A stretch of DNA of 15,165 bases from Thermodesulfobacteriota bacterium (GCA_049320885.1 JBMORA010000037.1:1-15165), one strand, 5' to 3'; positions 6,612 through 15,165 are shown, numbered from the stretch's first letter. The notes: generated from the sequence alone by a model not told the origin. Numbers and translations: made by a program.

Positions 6612-8795
6612 ATGTTGAAAGAGGCTAAACTATGGGTGAAGCTGTTCATCGGCTTCGGTGTCACCATTCTAGTCATGCTGATGATCGCGGTTCTTAACCA
6701 TGTTTTTCTAGGACAGGTGGACCATCTATCCCACGAAGTGGAGCAATTCAATCAACACGAAATCAACGTTCAGCAGAAGATCATCGACCATCTTAACTGG
6801 GTCAACAAGGTGATGGAATTTTTCACCGATGAACGTGTAACCGAATTGAAAGTGGAGACCGACGATACCAAGTGCGGTCTCGGGAAATGGCTGGCCGGGG
6901 AGGATGTGCACTACCTGTCCCGGCAGTTTCCCCAACTGAAAGAACTGTTCGGGGAAATCAAGGGGCCGCATCATCGGCTTCATGTCGCAGCCTCCCAGAT
7001 CAAGGAGTTATACCAGCATGAGGCCATGGTTCGCGCCCAAAACAAGCAAACCGAAACCTTCGAGGAAGTGAATCGCATTGCTGGCAGCTTTCACCAAACC
7101 CTCCGTGACTTGATGGAAAAACATATCGATCCGATGAAGACGCAGGCGGAAGAAGCAAAAGATGTTGAAGCCGTCATACGCTGTGGCCGGATTGACATGC
7201 ATCTGAATGAAGAAATCATCCAGCCGATTTCCCAGTTCTTAACCGCAGTGGAGCGCTTGAACCGCATTCAGTCCGAAGACCAATGGATGGTGTGCAAGAA
7301 TCAACTCGAAACCGTGCGGCAACGAATTTCAGTCTGGCGCGAAATCGTCCGGGACCAGCCGGAGCTGGCCCAGACCGCGGACGGTTTTTTGCAGCTGGCG
7401 GACCAGGTCGGCGCTGCCGTTGAAACCCTCTATCAGGCGATCGTTGCCTTTCAGGATGCGGACGCTTCCCAGAAAAGCGCAACCATGATTCTCCAGGAAG
7501 AGGCCATGCCGGCGGCCCGGGAAACCATCGCCCTCCTGAGTCAAATACGGGGTTTTTTGCAGAAAAAAGCGGACGAGACCGGCGAATCGATCCAAGAGCA
7601 CATCGACAGGAACATCTGGTGGACGACGCTGATATCGGTCCTCGGCATCCTCCTGGCCCTCGTTGCCGCCGTGATCATATCCATCCATATCGTCCGGCCC
7701 ATCAAACGGGTGATCAGTTTTGCCGGCAGACTCAAGGTCGGCGATCTGTCCGCCAAACTGTCCGAGGGTCGGGATGAAGCCGGTCTCATGGCGGCGGCAC
7801 TGAACAGCGTCGTGGACCACCTAAAAGAAAAAACCGATGTCGCCGAGCAAATCGCCGGCGGCAATCTAAGTCTCTCGGTGTCCATGGCCTCTGATAAGGA
7901 CCAGCTGAGCAAAGCCCTGGAGGCCATGATCGTCAATTTGAACCTCATGATCGATGACTTGAAATCGGCGGTGGACCAGGTGGACGCCGGCGCGCGGCAA
8001 GTGTCGGACTCCAGCCAATCCCTTTCCCAGGGAGCCACCCAGCAAGCCGCCTCCCTGGAGGAAATCACCAGCTCCATGAACGAAATTGGTGACCAGACCA
8101 AAAGCAGCGCTGAAAACGCCACCCAGGCCAATCGGTTGGCCGCCGATGCACTTTCCGCCACTGCCGACGGCGTTGACCAGATGGAGCGCATGGTCGAGGC
8201 CATGGACGCCATCCGCGCGTCCAGTTCGGAAATCGCCAAGATCATAAAGACGATTGACGCCATTTCCTTTCAAACCAATCTGCTGGCATTGAACGCCGCC
8301 GTGGAGGCGGCCCGTGCCGGTAAACATGGCAAGGGATTCGCCGTCGTCGCCCAGGAAGTGCGCGCTTTGGCCACCCGCAGCGCCCTGGCGGCCCAGGAAA
8401 CCGCTGAACTCATTGCCGGCGCGGAAAAGAAAGTGGAGACCGGCAGCTCGATTGCCGTAAAAACTTCCCAGGCACTTTCGCAGATCAAAGAGCGGATCAC
8501 CAAGGTTTCCGAACTGATCGCCGAAATCGCCGCCGCCAGCAATGAACAGGCCCAGGGAATTTTTCAGATCAATCAGGGGTTGGGTCAAATCGACGGCGTC
8601 ACCCAGCAGAACACGGCCAACGCCGAAGAAACCTCTTCGGCTTCCGAGGAGCTGTCTTCCCAGGCCGCTCAGGTTCGGGAACTGTTGCGGCGTTTCCATC
8701 TGCGCGAGAGCAACCGGGAGGAACTCCGCCATGAGGTAGCGCTGTCCCTACCGGAGGCGGCCGCCAATGTCAAACGCTTACCGATAGCTACATAA
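6612..8795 (+). CDS. Methyl-accepting chemotaxis protein with CZB domain and HAMP domains
   Basis: Start re-called to ATG 6612 (GGAGG at 6600-6604). TM1, then CZB motif DHLNW...TKCGLGKWL...PHHRLH, then TM2, HAMP region and the signalling tip [37 protein letters not shown]. Confidence 0.95.
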   Translation: MLKEAKLWVKLFIGFGVTILVMLMIAVLNHVFLGQVDHLSHEVEQFNQHEINVQQKIIDHLNWVNKVMEFFTDERVTELKVETDDTKCGLGKWLAGEDVHYLSRQFPQLKELFGEIKGPHHRLHVAASQIKELYQHEAMVRAQNKQTETFEEVNRIAGSFHQTLRDLMEKHIDPMKTQAEEAKDVEAVIRCGRIDMHLNEEIIQPISQFLTAVERLNRIQSEDQWMVCKNQLETVRQRISVWREIVRDQPELAQTADGFLQLADQVGAAVETLYQAIVAFQDADASQKSATMILQEEAMPAARETIALLSQIRGFLQKKADETGESIQEHIDRNIWWTTLISVLGILLALVAAVIISIHIVRPIKRVISFAGRLKVGDLSAKLSEGRDEAGLMAAALNSVVDHLKEKTDVAEQIAGGNLSLSVSMASDKDQLSKALEAMIVNLNLMIDDLKSAVDQVDAGARQVSDSSQSLSQGATQQAASLEEITSSMNEIGDQTKSSAENATQANRLAADALSATADGVDQMERMVEAMDAIRASSSEIAKIIKTIDAISFQTNLLALNAAVEAARAGKHGKGFAVVAQEVRALATRSALAAQETAELIAGAEKKVETGSSIAVKTSQALSQIKERITKVSELIAEIAAASNEQAQGIFQINQGLGQIDGVTQQNTANAEETSSASEELSSQAAQVRELLRRFHLRESNREELRHEVALSLPEAAANVKRLPIAT

Positions 8796-8904
8796 TGGCC
8801 TGCCTCATGAATTCATGGGAGATAGCCAAATTTCCTGGTTGCATCTTCCGCTCTTGCCGAATTCAAAGATATACGATTACCTTTTTATTACTCCGGCATC
8901 ATCA

Positions 8905-8933
8905 TTGACACATCTTCATATCTTGCGTATACT
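8905..8933 (+). promoter_or_regulatory. Putative sigma70 promoter of transporter operon
   Basis: TTGACA(8905-8910)-N17-TATACT(8928-8933) in an AT-rich intergenic region, ~170 nt upstream of 9103. Confidence 0.6.
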
Positions 8934-9102
8934 GTCGTTAAAAAAGCGAATTTTCAACTTCTTCATAATAACAGATTTCCAATACATCGATTTATCGTTG
9001 CCTACTTAGCTCGATCAATAGGGCGAAAGTCATATTTGCCATAGCCATGTGAAATGCCGATCATGCCGATATAATATTCGCTGACATGTTGGGAGCTGCC
9101 AT

Positions 9103-10146
9103 ATGAACATCCGACGGGTGACCAGATGGGTGCAAATCGTTGTCTTCTGCTGGTTTGCGGTGATGGGCGCGCTATCGCCTGCCTGGGGCGGTGAAACCCT
9201 GGCGCGCATCAAGGCCATGGGGATGCTGCGCTGCGGGGTGAGCGAAGGCATACCGGGCTTCTCCGAGAAGGACGCTGCCGGGAACTGGAAAGGGTTCGAT
9301 GTGGATTTCTGCCGGGCCGTAGCGGCAGCGGCCCTGGGGGACAGCAAGAAAGTCCGTTTCGTACCCCTGCGCGCCGCCGAACGGTTTCCGGCGCTGAAGG
9401 GGGGCCTCGTCGACCTGCTGATGCGCAACACCACCTGGACCCTGGGGCGGGAAGCCGGTCTCAAGGTGAAATTCCCGGGGATCCTGTTTTACGACGGCCA
9501 GGGGTTCATGGTCCCCATAGACAGCCCGACCGCTGATGCCAAGGACCTTCAAGGCAAGACCATCTGCCTGGTGAAAGGCACCACCCATGCGGAAAACCTG
9601 GCGGATTATTTCTCGGCCCGCGGTTGGCACTACTCACAGGTGCAGGTGGATTCTTATGGGGACGGCCTCTCGCAGGTGTTGGAAGGCCGCTGTCAGGCCC
9701 TGACCGGGGATGTTTCCGCCCTGGCCGCCCAACACCTGGGTTTCCCCGGTGCCAGGGAAAAACTTCGCCTCCTGCCGGATCAGATCTCCAAAGAGCCCCT
9801 GGCACCGGTGGTGCGCGGCGACGATGGGGAATGGGTCACCCTGGTGCGCTGGGTCTTGTTCCTGCTGATTAACGCGGAAGAAAACGGCATCACCCGGGAC
9901 AATGTGCAACAGCTTGTGGTGGACAATCCCACCCCCGCTGTGGCACGCTCCATGGATGCCTGCCGCGTCTTTGCCAAGCCCATGGGCATCCCCCCTGACT
10001 GGGCCGTGCGGGTGACCGCCCAGGTGGGCAATTACGGCGAAATCTTCGACAGGAACCTGGGCACCAAAAGCCCATATGATCTGGAACGCGGCCTTAACCG
10101 TCTCTGGAAGCAGGGCGGGTTACTGTATGCGCCGCCCATGCGGTAA
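9103..10146 (+). CDS. Amino acid ABC transporter substrate-binding protein, AapJ/BztA family
   Basis: Signal peptide. Motifs GFDVDFCRAVAAA, RNTTWTLGRE, FYDGQGFMV, ISKEPLAPVVR.DD, VGNYGEIFDRNLG, RGLNRLW..GGLLYAPPMR. Confidence 0.93.
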   Translation: MNIRRVTRWVQIVVFCWFAVMGALSPAWGGETLARIKAMGMLRCGVSEGIPGFSEKDAAGNWKGFDVDFCRAVAAAALGDSKKVRFVPLRAAERFPALKGGLVDLLMRNTTWTLGREAGLKVKFPGILFYDGQGFMVPIDSPTADAKDLQGKTICLVKGTTHAENLADYFSARGWHYSQVQVDSYGDGLSQVLEGRCQALTGDVSALAAQHLGFPGAREKLRLLPDQISKEPLAPVVRGDDGEWVTLVRWVLFLLINAEENGITRDNVQQLVVDNPTPAVARSMDACRVFAKPMGIPPDWAVRVTAQVGNYGEIFDRNLGTKSPYDLERGLNRLWKQGGLLYAPPMR

Positions 10147-10231
10147 GGACCAGCCGGGATAGGCAAAGCAGACTCGTGAATTCGTGAACGAATATGGATT
10201 TTCAAAACGACATTGCAGGAATTCTACATCT

Positions 10232-11569
10232 ATGAGCCAGGAACAGATTGTCATCACCCTGATCGTCTTCTCTGTAGTGATTCTGCTGATCGCCATGGAT
10301 TGGCTGGATCTGGCTGTTGCCGGCCTGCTGGGCGTGAGTGTCCTGATCGGGTTAGGCATTCTCAACCAGGAGGACATCCTTTCCGGCGCACGCACCGGCG
10401 GAGGGGCGCTTTCTCTCTTGTTCGGTGGCATGGTGGTGGCCCGCACTCTGCGCTCAACCGGCATTTTCGAGCGTTTCGGGGATTTGTTCCTGAAAGCCAC
10501 CCGGGGCAGTGGCCGGCGCTTTGTGTTGCTCCTGGTGGTGGTCGTGGCCCCACTCTGCGCCTTTCTGCCCAACGCCATCACGGTGATCATGCTGGCGCCT
10601 ATCGTCATCCGGGTGTCCAAGGCCCTGGAAGTTGATTTCGTCGGCCCCATGGTGCTCACCGCCATCCTGAGTAACTCCGCCGGGCTCTTGACCCTGGCCG
10701 GCGATCCAGCCACCTTCCTGGTGGGCAGCGCCTGCGGCATGACCTTCACCGCTTATCTGAAAAAAGTGAGCCTGGGCGGCCTGCTGGCCTTGGGGGCCAT
10801 CGTGCCCCTGCTTCCGGTGCTGATGAGGGAACTGTGGAACATCCGCCAACCGCTGACGGTCAAAACGCCGCCGGAACCCATCCGCCGGCCGGGATTTGCG
10901 CTGGCCTCCCTGATCGTCCTGATGCTGATGGTCGGTACGTTCATTTTTGGAGAGTTTCTGCCCACACCCATCGTGCCGCCGGGGGCGGCCATCATCGCCG
11001 CCTCATTGGCGCTCCTTCTGATTTATTGCGTCCGAGTGGAACCCGTGGACAGGGTCATCCATGACATTGACTTTAAAAGCCTGATTTTCATCGCATGTTC
11101 CCTGATGCTGGTGGAGGCCGTTTCCAAGACCGGTCTGCTGCAAAGTCTTTCCTTGAAAATGGTTGACTGGTTCGGCGCCGAACTGGCCCTTGTTGCCCTG
11201 ATCCTGCTGGCCGGCGTAGGTTTACTATCCGGAATCCTGGCCAACATTCCAGTGGTGGCCGCCTCGCTGTTAATGCTCAAGGGCTATCTGGTGGCAGCGG
11301 CCGTGGTGCCGGAAACCGCCTTGATTGACGGGTTCACGGACTGGCCCGCAGCCAGCCTGCCGGTTTTCGTGGCCATGATGTTCGGTGCTACATTGGGGGG
11401 CAACGCCACGGTCATCGGCGCCTCGGCCAATGTTGTGGCAGCCGGCATCTGCTCGGCCAACGGCGGTTCCCTGACTTTCACCCGCTTCATGCGCTACGGT
11501 CTGCCCATCGTAGGGACGCAACTCGCGGTTTCGGCTCTTTATGTGCTGGGCATGTTCTGGATCAGTTGA
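10232..11569 (+). CDS. ArsB/NhaD (ion transporter superfamily; P-protein/SLC13-like) permease
   Basis: Polytopic membrane protein with motifs AFLPNAITV, SNSAGLLTLAGDPATF, LANIPVVA, GATLGGNATVIGASANVV, FTRFMRYGLP. Likely start ATG 10232 (MSQEQIV). Confidence 0.9.
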   Translation: MSQEQIVITLIVFSVVILLIAMDWLDLAVAGLLGVSVLIGLGILNQEDILSGARTGGGALSLLFGGMVVARTLRSTGIFERFGDLFLKATRGSGRRFVLLLVVVVAPLCAFLPNAITVIMLAPIVIRVSKALEVDFVGPMVLTAILSNSAGLLTLAGDPATFLVGSACGMTFTAYLKKVSLGGLLALGAIVPLLPVLMRELWNIRQPLTVKTPPEPIRRPGFALASLIVLMLMVGTFIFGEFLPTPIVPPGAAIIAASLALLLIYCVRVEPVDRVIHDIDFKSLIFIACSLMLVEAVSKTGLLQSLSLKMVDWFGAELALVALILLAGVGLLSGILANIPVVAASLLMLKGYLVAAAVVPETALIDGFTDWPAASLPVFVAMMFGATLGGNATVIGASANVVAAGICSANGGSLTFTRFMRYGLPIVGTQLAVSALYVLGMFWIS

Positions 11570-11585
11570 TTCAATGGATGGGGGA

Positions 11586-12170
11586 ATGACCATGACAAAC
11601 CAAGACCTCTGCAGCACCCGCCGGTTATTGCTTCACTGCCTCGCAGCTGCCTGTTCCATCGGCATGATATCGTTGTCACCCGCACCGGCAGCGGACCGGT
11701 TTGCCGACGGTGTGCTCGCGGCGACCTACCATATCGAAAACCGGGCGGTGAAACTCAGCAACGGCCGGGCCGAACAAGCGGGCGTTCCGGGATCGGCCGC
11801 GAAAATCATCACGGAAGTTTATGGCGCGCCGGTTTCCGGCGACCTGAATGGCGACGGACTTGATGACGCCGCCTTGTTCCTGGTGCAAACCAGCGGCGGC
11901 AGCGGGACATTTTACTATGTCGCCGCGGCCATAGCCGATAACGGCAGGGTTCAGGGGACCCCTGCGGTATTCCTGGGGGACCGGGTCGCCCCAAAGACTT
12001 TGTCCATCCGGAACGGGGTGGTGATCGTTTCGTACACGGACCGTGGCCCGGGCCAGTCCATGGCTGTTTCTCCGGCCATCGGCAGAACCCGATATCTGAC
12101 TCTGGAGGAGGGGCGTCTGAAGGCGGTAAAATCACTGGAACGGCATCCGACCCGTCAGCCCGGTCAATAG
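11586..12170 (+). CDS. Exported hypothetical protein (possible Tat signal)
   Basis: ATG 11586/11592 after a GGGGGA RBS. Signal STRRLLLHCLAAACSIGMISLSPAPA. Mature part has GDLNGDGLDDAA and SGGSGTFYY...LGDRV motifs, which I recall from uncharacterised periplasmic proteins and lipoproteins. Confidence 0.75.
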   Translation: MTMTNQDLCSTRRLLLHCLAAACSIGMISLSPAPAADRFADGVLAATYHIENRAVKLSNGRAEQAGVPGSAAKIITEVYGAPVSGDLNGDGLDDAALFLVQTSGGSGTFYYVAAAIADNGRVQGTPAVFLGDRVAPKTLSIRNGVVIVSYTDRGPGQSMAVSPAIGRTRYLTLEEGRLKAVKSLERHPTRQPGQ

Positions 12171-12196
12171 ACCAGCAACGAGGAAAGGAGCAACGG

Positions 12197-12337
12197 ATGG
12201 TTCGAGTTCTGGGAATGCTCGCATTCTGTATGGCGGCCGGCTGCGCCGCAGGTAAAAAGATGAGACCGATGAACTGCGCGAAGAGCTTGCCATCCAGGTA
12301 TATTTTTTCAGAAACGCAGGATACTATATTCCAGTAA
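12197..12337 (+). CDS. Small lipoprotein-like ORF (46 aa), possibly a truncated remnant
   Basis: Not in the ORF track. Strong AAGGAG RBS. MVRVLGMLAFCMAAGCAAGKK has a lipobox-like AAGC. The 3' half drifts into AT-rich sequence. Confidence 0.45.
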   Translation: MVRVLGMLAFCMAAGCAAGKKMRPMNCAKSLPSRYIFSETQDTIFQ

Positions 12338-12621
12338 TTTTTCTAGGATATTTTCTATCGCAGCGGGCATGCAGGTCCTATGGCGAAAAGCTGTAAGGCG
12401 AAATATGTTTCGCAATTGGTATTTGATTGTTTATAGTTGCAGTCGAGTCTTGAAATTCGTATTTTGAACGAAAATGAATACAAATTGATGGATCGCTATT
12501 GAAAAGGGAGCCGGGTTTTTCGTTTCTAAGCCCTTGGGACGCTTCCCGGCATGATTGACAACTTGGCCCGGTGGCCGAAACCGGCTGATTAATCCTTTTT
12601 ATGGGGGAGAGAAGCGTTAAG

Positions 12622-12668
12622 AATAAAAAAGAGCTTGTGAGGCGTTTCTCACAAACCCTTTATTTTAT
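12622..12668 (-). terminator. Rho-independent terminator downstream of tRNA 3' end
   Basis: Minus strand GGGTTTGTGAG-aaacgc-CTCACAAGCTC-TTTTTTATT: 11-bp stem (two G-U pairs) plus U tract, directly after the CCA. Confidence 0.75.
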
Positions 12669-12715
12669 TGGAGCCGACGCGCGGAATCGAACCGCGGGCC
12701 TGCTGATTACGAATC
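12669..12715 (-). tRNA. 3' fragment of tRNA-Thr(CGT), att site duplication (not an intact tRNA)
   Basis: Minus strand GATTCGTAATCAGCAGGCCCGCGGTTCGATTCCGCGCGTCGGCTCCA contains the anticodon loop (CGT), T arm with GGTTCGATTCC, the 3' acceptor strand and CCA. The 5' acceptor strand and D arm are absent. Integrase is adjacent. Confidence 0.9.
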
Positions 12716-12783
12716 CGAAAAAAGCCGTTTTTCCAGTGATTTAGGGTCAACTTGAGTGAAGGTTAGTGATTGTTACTATCATG

Positions 12784-12812
12784 TTGACATAAAAGAAAAA
12801 ATATCCTATTTT
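12784..12812 (+). promoter_or_regulatory. Putative integrase promoter
   Basis: TTGACA(12784-12789)-N17-TATTTT(12807-12812). Confidence 0.45.
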
Positions 12813-12858
12813 ACCTTAATTTTTCATCACTGCGGTTAAGCGTCATTAATCCCATTTA

Positions 12859-12880
12859 TGGGGGACCAGTGGGGGACCAG
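12859..12880 (+). repeat. Tandem 11-bp repeat TGGGGGACCAG x2, putative integrase arm-type sites
   Basis: Exact tandem copies at 12859-12869 and 12870-12880, between the att core and the integrase start. Confidence 0.65.
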
Positions 12881-12902
12881 CTTTTCATATTCGGGGGTAA
12901 AA

Positions 12903-14189
12903 ATGGCAAAAACGCGGCAATGGTTTCAGACCGATTATCCTGGTGTCAGATACCGGGAAGACGAAACGCGGACTATCGGGGCGAGCAACATTCCGGACCG
13001 ATATTATGCAATCAGGTATTACGTCGATGGAAAGCGGCGGGAAGAGGGCTTAGGGTGGGCTTCGGAGGGCTGGGTATTAAAAATTCACAAAAACACTCCA
13101 GCCGGCCGCATGGGGGCTTTTGATGTTCTTTCCGAATTAAGGCAAAACATCAAAAACGGCACCGGGCCGCGAACCATGGCGGAAAAAAGGCAGTTGGAAG
13201 CGGAACGCCGTCATGCCGTTGAGCGGGAAGAAACCGCCAGGGCCGCCAAGATTGAGGCGGAAAGCGCCATGGTGTTTGACGCGGTTTTCAACAGATACCT
13301 CAAAGAAAATCGTCAAAAGCGTCTGCGTGACGAAATTGCACTTTACAAACACCACATATCTAAGCGTATCGGGAAAAAACAGCTTAATGAAATTACGTTG
13401 TTAGACTTGGAGCTGATCCGGGAAGACATGGAAGCAAAAGGCCGGGCGAAGCGTTCAATTCAGTACGCAAAAGCTGTAATTCGGCAGGTATTCAATCATG
13501 CAATCCGGCATGACGGCTTTCAGGGCAGCATTCCCACAAGGGACTTTTTAAAAGGAAAGTCGCACCGCTTCGACAATAAGCGTATGCGATTTTTAAGCTA
13601 CGAGGAAGCGAATCAGCTTCTTTCGGAAGTCAAAAAGATCAGTGAAACCACATGGCGTATATGCTTGCTTTCTCTGAATACTGGAATGAGGTTTTCCGAA
13701 ATCGCTAAATTGCAATGGCAGCATGTGAACCAGAAAAGCCGGTTGATTTTTATCGTTGATCCCAAGGGAAAAGAAGGCCGGTCCGTTTTTATGAACGATT
13801 CAATAACGGCGATGTTTTCCGAAATGGGGGCAGGTGAAACCGGGGCGCTTGTTTTCCCGGATAAGCGCGGCGGCATCATGCAGCAAATTTCCGAAACCTT
13901 TAACCGCTGTGTTGATCGGTTGGGATTGAATAAAAATGTTACTGATCCACGTGACAAAGTTGTCTTTCATAGCCTGCGCCATACGGCGGCAAGTTGGCTT
14001 CTTAATTCTGGTGCAGATTTACCTATCATTCAAAAAATATTGGGCCACAAAGAAATATCTACAACCATGCGATATGCAAAAGTCCGGGATGATAGGGCGA
14101 TGGATGCTTTGCAAAGGTTGGGCGAAAAACAGATTGAGCCTGATCAAAAAAATGGAAACGTCATTCACTTCCGAATGGTGAAGCGATGA
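12903..14189 (+). CDS. int: Tyrosine recombinase / phage-type integrase
   Basis: Catalytic residues R (TGMRFSEI), K (DPKGK), HxxR (FHSLRHT), H (LGHK) and Y (TTMRYA). N-terminal arm-binding-like domain. Likely start ATG 12903 after GGGGG. Confidence 0.96.
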   Translation: MAKTRQWFQTDYPGVRYREDETRTIGASNIPDRYYAIRYYVDGKRREEGLGWASEGWVLKIHKNTPAGRMGAFDVLSELRQNIKNGTGPRTMAEKRQLEAERRHAVEREETARAAKIEAESAMVFDAVFNRYLKENRQKRLRDEIALYKHHISKRIGKKQLNEITLLDLELIREDMEAKGRAKRSIQYAKAVIRQVFNHAIRHDGFQGSIPTRDFLKGKSHRFDNKRMRFLSYEEANQLLSEVKKISETTWRICLLSLNTGMRFSEIAKLQWQHVNQKSRLIFIVDPKGKEGRSVFMNDSITAMFSEMGAGETGALVFPDKRGGIMQQISETFNRCVDRLGLNKNVTDPRDKVVFHSLRHTAASWLLNSGADLPIIQKILGHKEISTTMRYAKVRDDRAMDALQRLGEKQIEPDQKNGNVIHFRMVKR

Positions 14190-14962
14190 AAACGGTTAAA
14201 GTTGTGAAAATTCCGGTCGGAACGGCGGAACCGGGAACAGGCAGAGGCTTTGTCATTTCCGCCGATGGAGAGATTGAAGGAAATAAAATTGTATCCAGCC
14301 AGTTTTTACCGTTGCCTATGTTCACGCCGGAAGCTATCCAGGCAATTAAAAAAGTACTACCTTCCAATATAGATGAAACAAATAAAAATAGCTTTATTTC
14401 AAGCGTTTGCTTCGGTCCGATTTTCAAAATATTAAAAGGGGTTTTACCTTCTACAAAATACGGCAATCCAGCAGAAAGACGGCGGCGACACAAGCAAAAA
14501 CAAAAAGCGGTGATAACACAACTGGAAAAAACTAAACAGCTTCTGTCCGATATAGCCGATGGTGAAGCCCCGCCCAGGCTGGAATTTTTGATTTTTGATG
14601 ATGGACCGTACCAAGGAGATTCTTTATTGAAGGATCACCCGATTACTTACGCAAACGTAAGGGCGGCGGAACTTGCAAAAAAAACAACAGATTCAATCAG
14701 GGAACTTTTGGACATTTATAACGCCAGTCGTAACGATAGTAGAAGAGGTTCCCCGAAAGAAGTCAATGACGAGTTTGCTTTTGTTGTTGCGAAACTCTAT
14801 CAAAAATATATCGGCCAGCCTGAACCCTCCAACAAGGAGGGAAGAGACCATTTTATTTCCGCACTGCGAATTCTTTTCAAAATGTCTGGAATTGAGTCAA
14901 TAAAAAAAGAAGACTCACTTCTTGATCTTGTCAAAAGAACTATTAAACGCCTCTCAGAATAA
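14186..14962 (+). CDS. Hypothetical protein, translationally coupled to integrase
   Basis: 258-aa ORF with ATGA overlap on the integrase stop. AT-rich, Lys-rich, no family recognised. Confidence 0.75.
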   Translation: MKTVKVVKIPVGTAEPGTGRGFVISADGEIEGNKIVSSQFLPLPMFTPEAIQAIKKVLPSNIDETNKNSFISSVCFGPIFKILKGVLPSTKYGNPAERRRRHKQKQKAVITQLEKTKQLLSDIADGEAPPRLEFLIFDDGPYQGDSLLKDHPITYANVRAAELAKKTTDSIRELLDIYNASRNDSRRGSPKEVNDEFAFVVAKLYQKYIGQPEPSNKEGRDHFISALRILFKMSGIESIKKEDSLLDLVKRTIKRLSE

Positions 14963-14987
14963 TAGCCCGCCTATACACTGAAACCCG

Positions 14988-15165
14988 GATCACCCCGGCG
15001 ACCAGGAGCCCATGAGCTGGTGGAACTGCTGGTGCATCCTGGTGACCATGCCGCCGTCGCAGCACCGCCTGCTGGTGGATGCGCTTGTCAGGATCGATGA
15101 TCGATCACCACGGCGACCAGGAGCCCATGAGCTGGTGGAACTGCTGGTGCATCCTGGTGACCATG
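14988..15165. repeat. Direct repeat with 115-bp period at window end
   Basis: 14996-15050 is identical to 15111-15165 (55 bp). The match extends to 14988/15103 with one mismatch. Confidence 0.85.

Larger units (their letters stand above)
12669..14962. mobile_element. Left end of tRNA-Thr-integrated genomic island / IME / prophage-like element
   Basis: att fragment plus tyrosine integrase plus a visibly more AT-rich coupled gene. The far end is outside the window. Confidence 0.85.

Noticed and set aside
8815..9009. 64-aa ORF between MCP and SBP
   Set aside because: AT-rich promoter region with no RBS and atypical codon usage.
9054..9072. Sigma28 promoter (GCCGATAT) before SBP gene
   Set aside because: No TAAA-like -35 at 15-nt spacing. 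It is only a short ATGCCGAT duplication.
12669..12745. Intact tRNA-Thr gene
   Set aside because: Sequence beyond 12715 lacks the D arm and the 5' acceptor strand (GCCGACG...). Only the 3' fragment is present.
14996..15165. CRISPR array
   Set aside because: Only two copies, the 55-63-bp repeat is too long and not clearly palindromic, and there are no cas genes in the window.

Overview
GC-rich chromosomal segment, probably from a Desulfobacterales-like deltaproteobacterium (inferred from the protein families and their motif styles), that ends in the left end of an integrative element. In order: the 5' start of a probable GNAT acetyltransferase (-), a C-terminal remnant of a phytoene-desaturase-like FAD oxidoreductase, an enoyl-CoA hydratase, a secreted hypothetical protein, a PAS-PAS-LuxR regulator, a 27-codon REP-associated tyrosine transposase (RAYT)-like stub, a PAS-PAS hybrid histidine kinase, a chemoreceptor with an apparently periplasmic CZB zinc-binding domain and a sigma28-type promoter, and an operon (AapJ-type solute-binding protein, ArsB/NhaD-type permease, exported protein, small lipoprotein-like ORF). 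These are followed by a 47-bp 3' fragment of tRNA-Thr(CGT) (att site), a tyrosine integrase with a translationally coupled hypothetical gene, and a terminal 115-bp-period repeat that may be an assembly or amplification artefact. The most notable unannotated signals are the RAYT stub coupled to the LuxR gene, a helically phased TATGGA operator-like array downstream of that gene, arm-type repeats on both sides of the att core, and an ABC-type binding protein paired with a secondary transporter. No clearly novel system can be proven from sequence alone.
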